DNA of 64,000 nucleotides from Cetorhinus maximus (lineage: Eukaryota): assembly GCF_964194155.1 (NCBI RefSeq), contig NC_135892.1, positions 10,106,001 to 10,170,000 on the forward strand, in the 5' to 3' direction. The position numbers and the translations under genes are program-made. Of the stretch, positions 62,100 through 64,000 are shown piece after piece. The stretch's first letter is position 1. Every line of letters starts with the position of its first letter. Under the pieces are notes generated by a model. It was not told the origin of the DNA. It saw nothing but the letters and a program-made list of their open reading frames with translations, and made no database searches.

Positions 62100-62171
62100 G
62101 GCTGGGATTTTCATTGACTTTCGGTGGGACCAGAAGATCCCGGCGGCTGGTGGGGCCGGAAAATCCTGGCC
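62100..62171. mobile_element. 72-bp micro-MITE with Harbinger-like TIRs
   Basis: GGCTGGGATTTTC...GAAAATCCTGGCC; TSD not clean (ATA/TCA). Confidence 0.55.
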
Positions 62172-62410
62172 TCAGGGTGTTGTGTACACTTCTGGTTTCC
62201 ATTATATAAAAAGACATAGATGCACTGGAGGAGATGCAAAATAGATTGATATGGATGACATCACAGCGGAGGGTTTATATCTATTAGGAAAGCTTGAACA
62301 GGATGGGGCTGTTTCCTGTAGAAAATAGAAGGCTTAAACATTACCTAATAGAGGTCATTAAAAGTATGAACAGTTTTGATGGGCTAGATTTAGAAAAGGT
62401 GTTTCCAGAC

Positions 62411-62635
62411 TGTTTGATGGGCATGCTCGGCCTTATGTCTTGGAACTGTAGCCATGACTTGGGTACTTACTTAAAACTAGTTTATTTACAGCATATACAA
62501 TTGTACAAGGTGGATAACTGAATGGGCACTTCTCCTCTGTGAGCTATCTATCTGCTATAGTATCTATAACAGCACATGACTCCTGATGTCACCGGTGCAT
62601 CAGTCATTACATATCAATTCTATTAACCCATTACA
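62411..62635 (-). mobile_element. Possible short solo LTR
   Basis: TGT..GATGGG / CCCATTACA inverted ends, AATAAA on the minus strand, interrupts CR1; no clean TSD. Confidence 0.35.
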
Positions 62636-64000
62636 CTACGCAGAACAGAACTCGGAGCCATAAATATAAGATTGTCACTAATAAAGCCAACAAAAAATCT
62701 ATGCCCAGAGAGTGGTTAAAATGTGGAACTCACTACCACAAGGAGTGGTTGAAGCGAATATTATAGATGCATTTAAGAGTGAACTGAATAAACACTGAGG
62801 GATGAAGGAGTAGAAGGATATGTCGATAGGGCGAGATGAAGAGGGGTAGGAAGAAGATCATTTGGTGCTTAATCACCAGCATGGACCAGATGAGCAAAAT
62901 GGCCTGTTTCTGTGCTGTAAGTTCTGTATAGAACCGACATGTCCAGACTAGGGAAGCCCCTTCATGTGGGCCTGATCAAATCCGAGAGCGGAAGGCAAGA
63001 CAAAGGTCAAAGCTACCAAAATGCTAACCATTTACGCCTGGACATGGCTAATGAACTCAACGGGCTGCAAATTGATTTTAAAATGCAGGAGAGAGGTGTT
63101 GGTGCTGCCATTCCAGAAAAGGCATCAGGGGTGGCTCCTCTGAGAGAAAATGGAACGATGCCCGATTGTTACATAGAGACCTGGAACTTTCTCAAGTACT
63201 GTGCAGTAATCTGTAAACATTTGCTCAGCTAAACTTGTCCCTTGGGGTCTCGGGTAGGAGAGAAAAATTGTCCAGGAGAACTCGCGCTGTTCAGGTAGAT
63301 CATTAGCACCCACCAGAAGAAGCTGAGAGCTCCACCGTTTCATCTGAGAGATGGTGGCACTTCCAACCATGTGGCACTGCCTGAATACTGCACTAAAGTG
63401 TCAGCCTAATTTAGGTACTGAATGAGGTTCGAGATACAAACGCCCATTAACTCCAGACTTTTTGTCTTAACAATGCTCCGCTTGCGGGATTTTACAAATC
63501 CACCATATTGAAAGAGGAAGGTGTAGGCGTCAGGAGAAAAATTTTAAGGGCGAATTCTCTTGGGCCACTTTTGCACGCCTTAAAGGAAGATAATTCCTTA
63601 AAAAGAGGGAGTCTCAACCTAGGCATTAAGGATAAAAACATAAGTTGTCTTCTGCATGTACAAGAAGGCAGAATACTGATTGAATGATGATGTCCTTTAA
63701 CCAACGTAACTACTGTAAAGCAGTCAGGTTGTGCTAGACATTGTTTAGTGACCCATAAGGGGATGAGATAGGCTAGGACTGCACCAAAATACCAGACTTC
63801 TGAGATCTTTTCAATGTTTAAGTTGCTTTTCCCAAAATCTTCTGCATCCGCTAATAGTGACCACACAGTCGGAAATAGCGCACAACCCATATTCTGCCCT
63901 TACTTTAAACATTTTGTTTTGCACTCAGATCATGGCCAAAATGTGACAAGAATCAAAGTTTATGCTGATGAATTTCTCCAGGCCAGTCACCCCCCAGTGC

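Larger units (their letters stand above)
62060..62930 (+). mobile_element. Old CR1 3' fragment with two small inserts (62100-62171, 62411-62635)
   Basis: RMGLF.VE.RRL...LIEVIK; GTGGAACTCACTACC; tail. Confidence 0.7.

Noticed and set aside
63482-63899. Possible Harbinger-like MITE (GGGATTTT...ATTCTGCCC)
   Set aside because: Ends too degenerate and no second copy in the window.

Overview
Eukaryotic, repeat-dense DNA, most likely from a cartilaginous fish (shark). The basis is the repeat repertoire: CR1 and L2 LINEs, SacSINE1/DeuSINE-like SINEs, Penelope-like elements (PLE) and a Gmr1-like Gypsy element. No intact host gene or recognisable host exon was found; every interpretable ORF is a decayed transposon fragment, so the window is probably intergenic or part of a long intron. 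Most notable: (i) a Penelope-like element whose terminal repeat holds a minimal hammerhead-ribozyme motif, plus a family of about 120-190 bp derivatives, two with 15-bp target-site duplications (TSDs); (ii) several GG-terminated DNA-transposon (MITE) families with 3-bp TSDs of variable sequence (PIF/Harbinger-like), including six copies of one hairpin-rich family and a 3.3-kb composite with unexplained cargo; (iii) multi-level nested insertions with readable TSDs; (iv) local direct and inverted duplications. Family names come from motif recognition, not database searches. Boundaries without a TSD are approximate.
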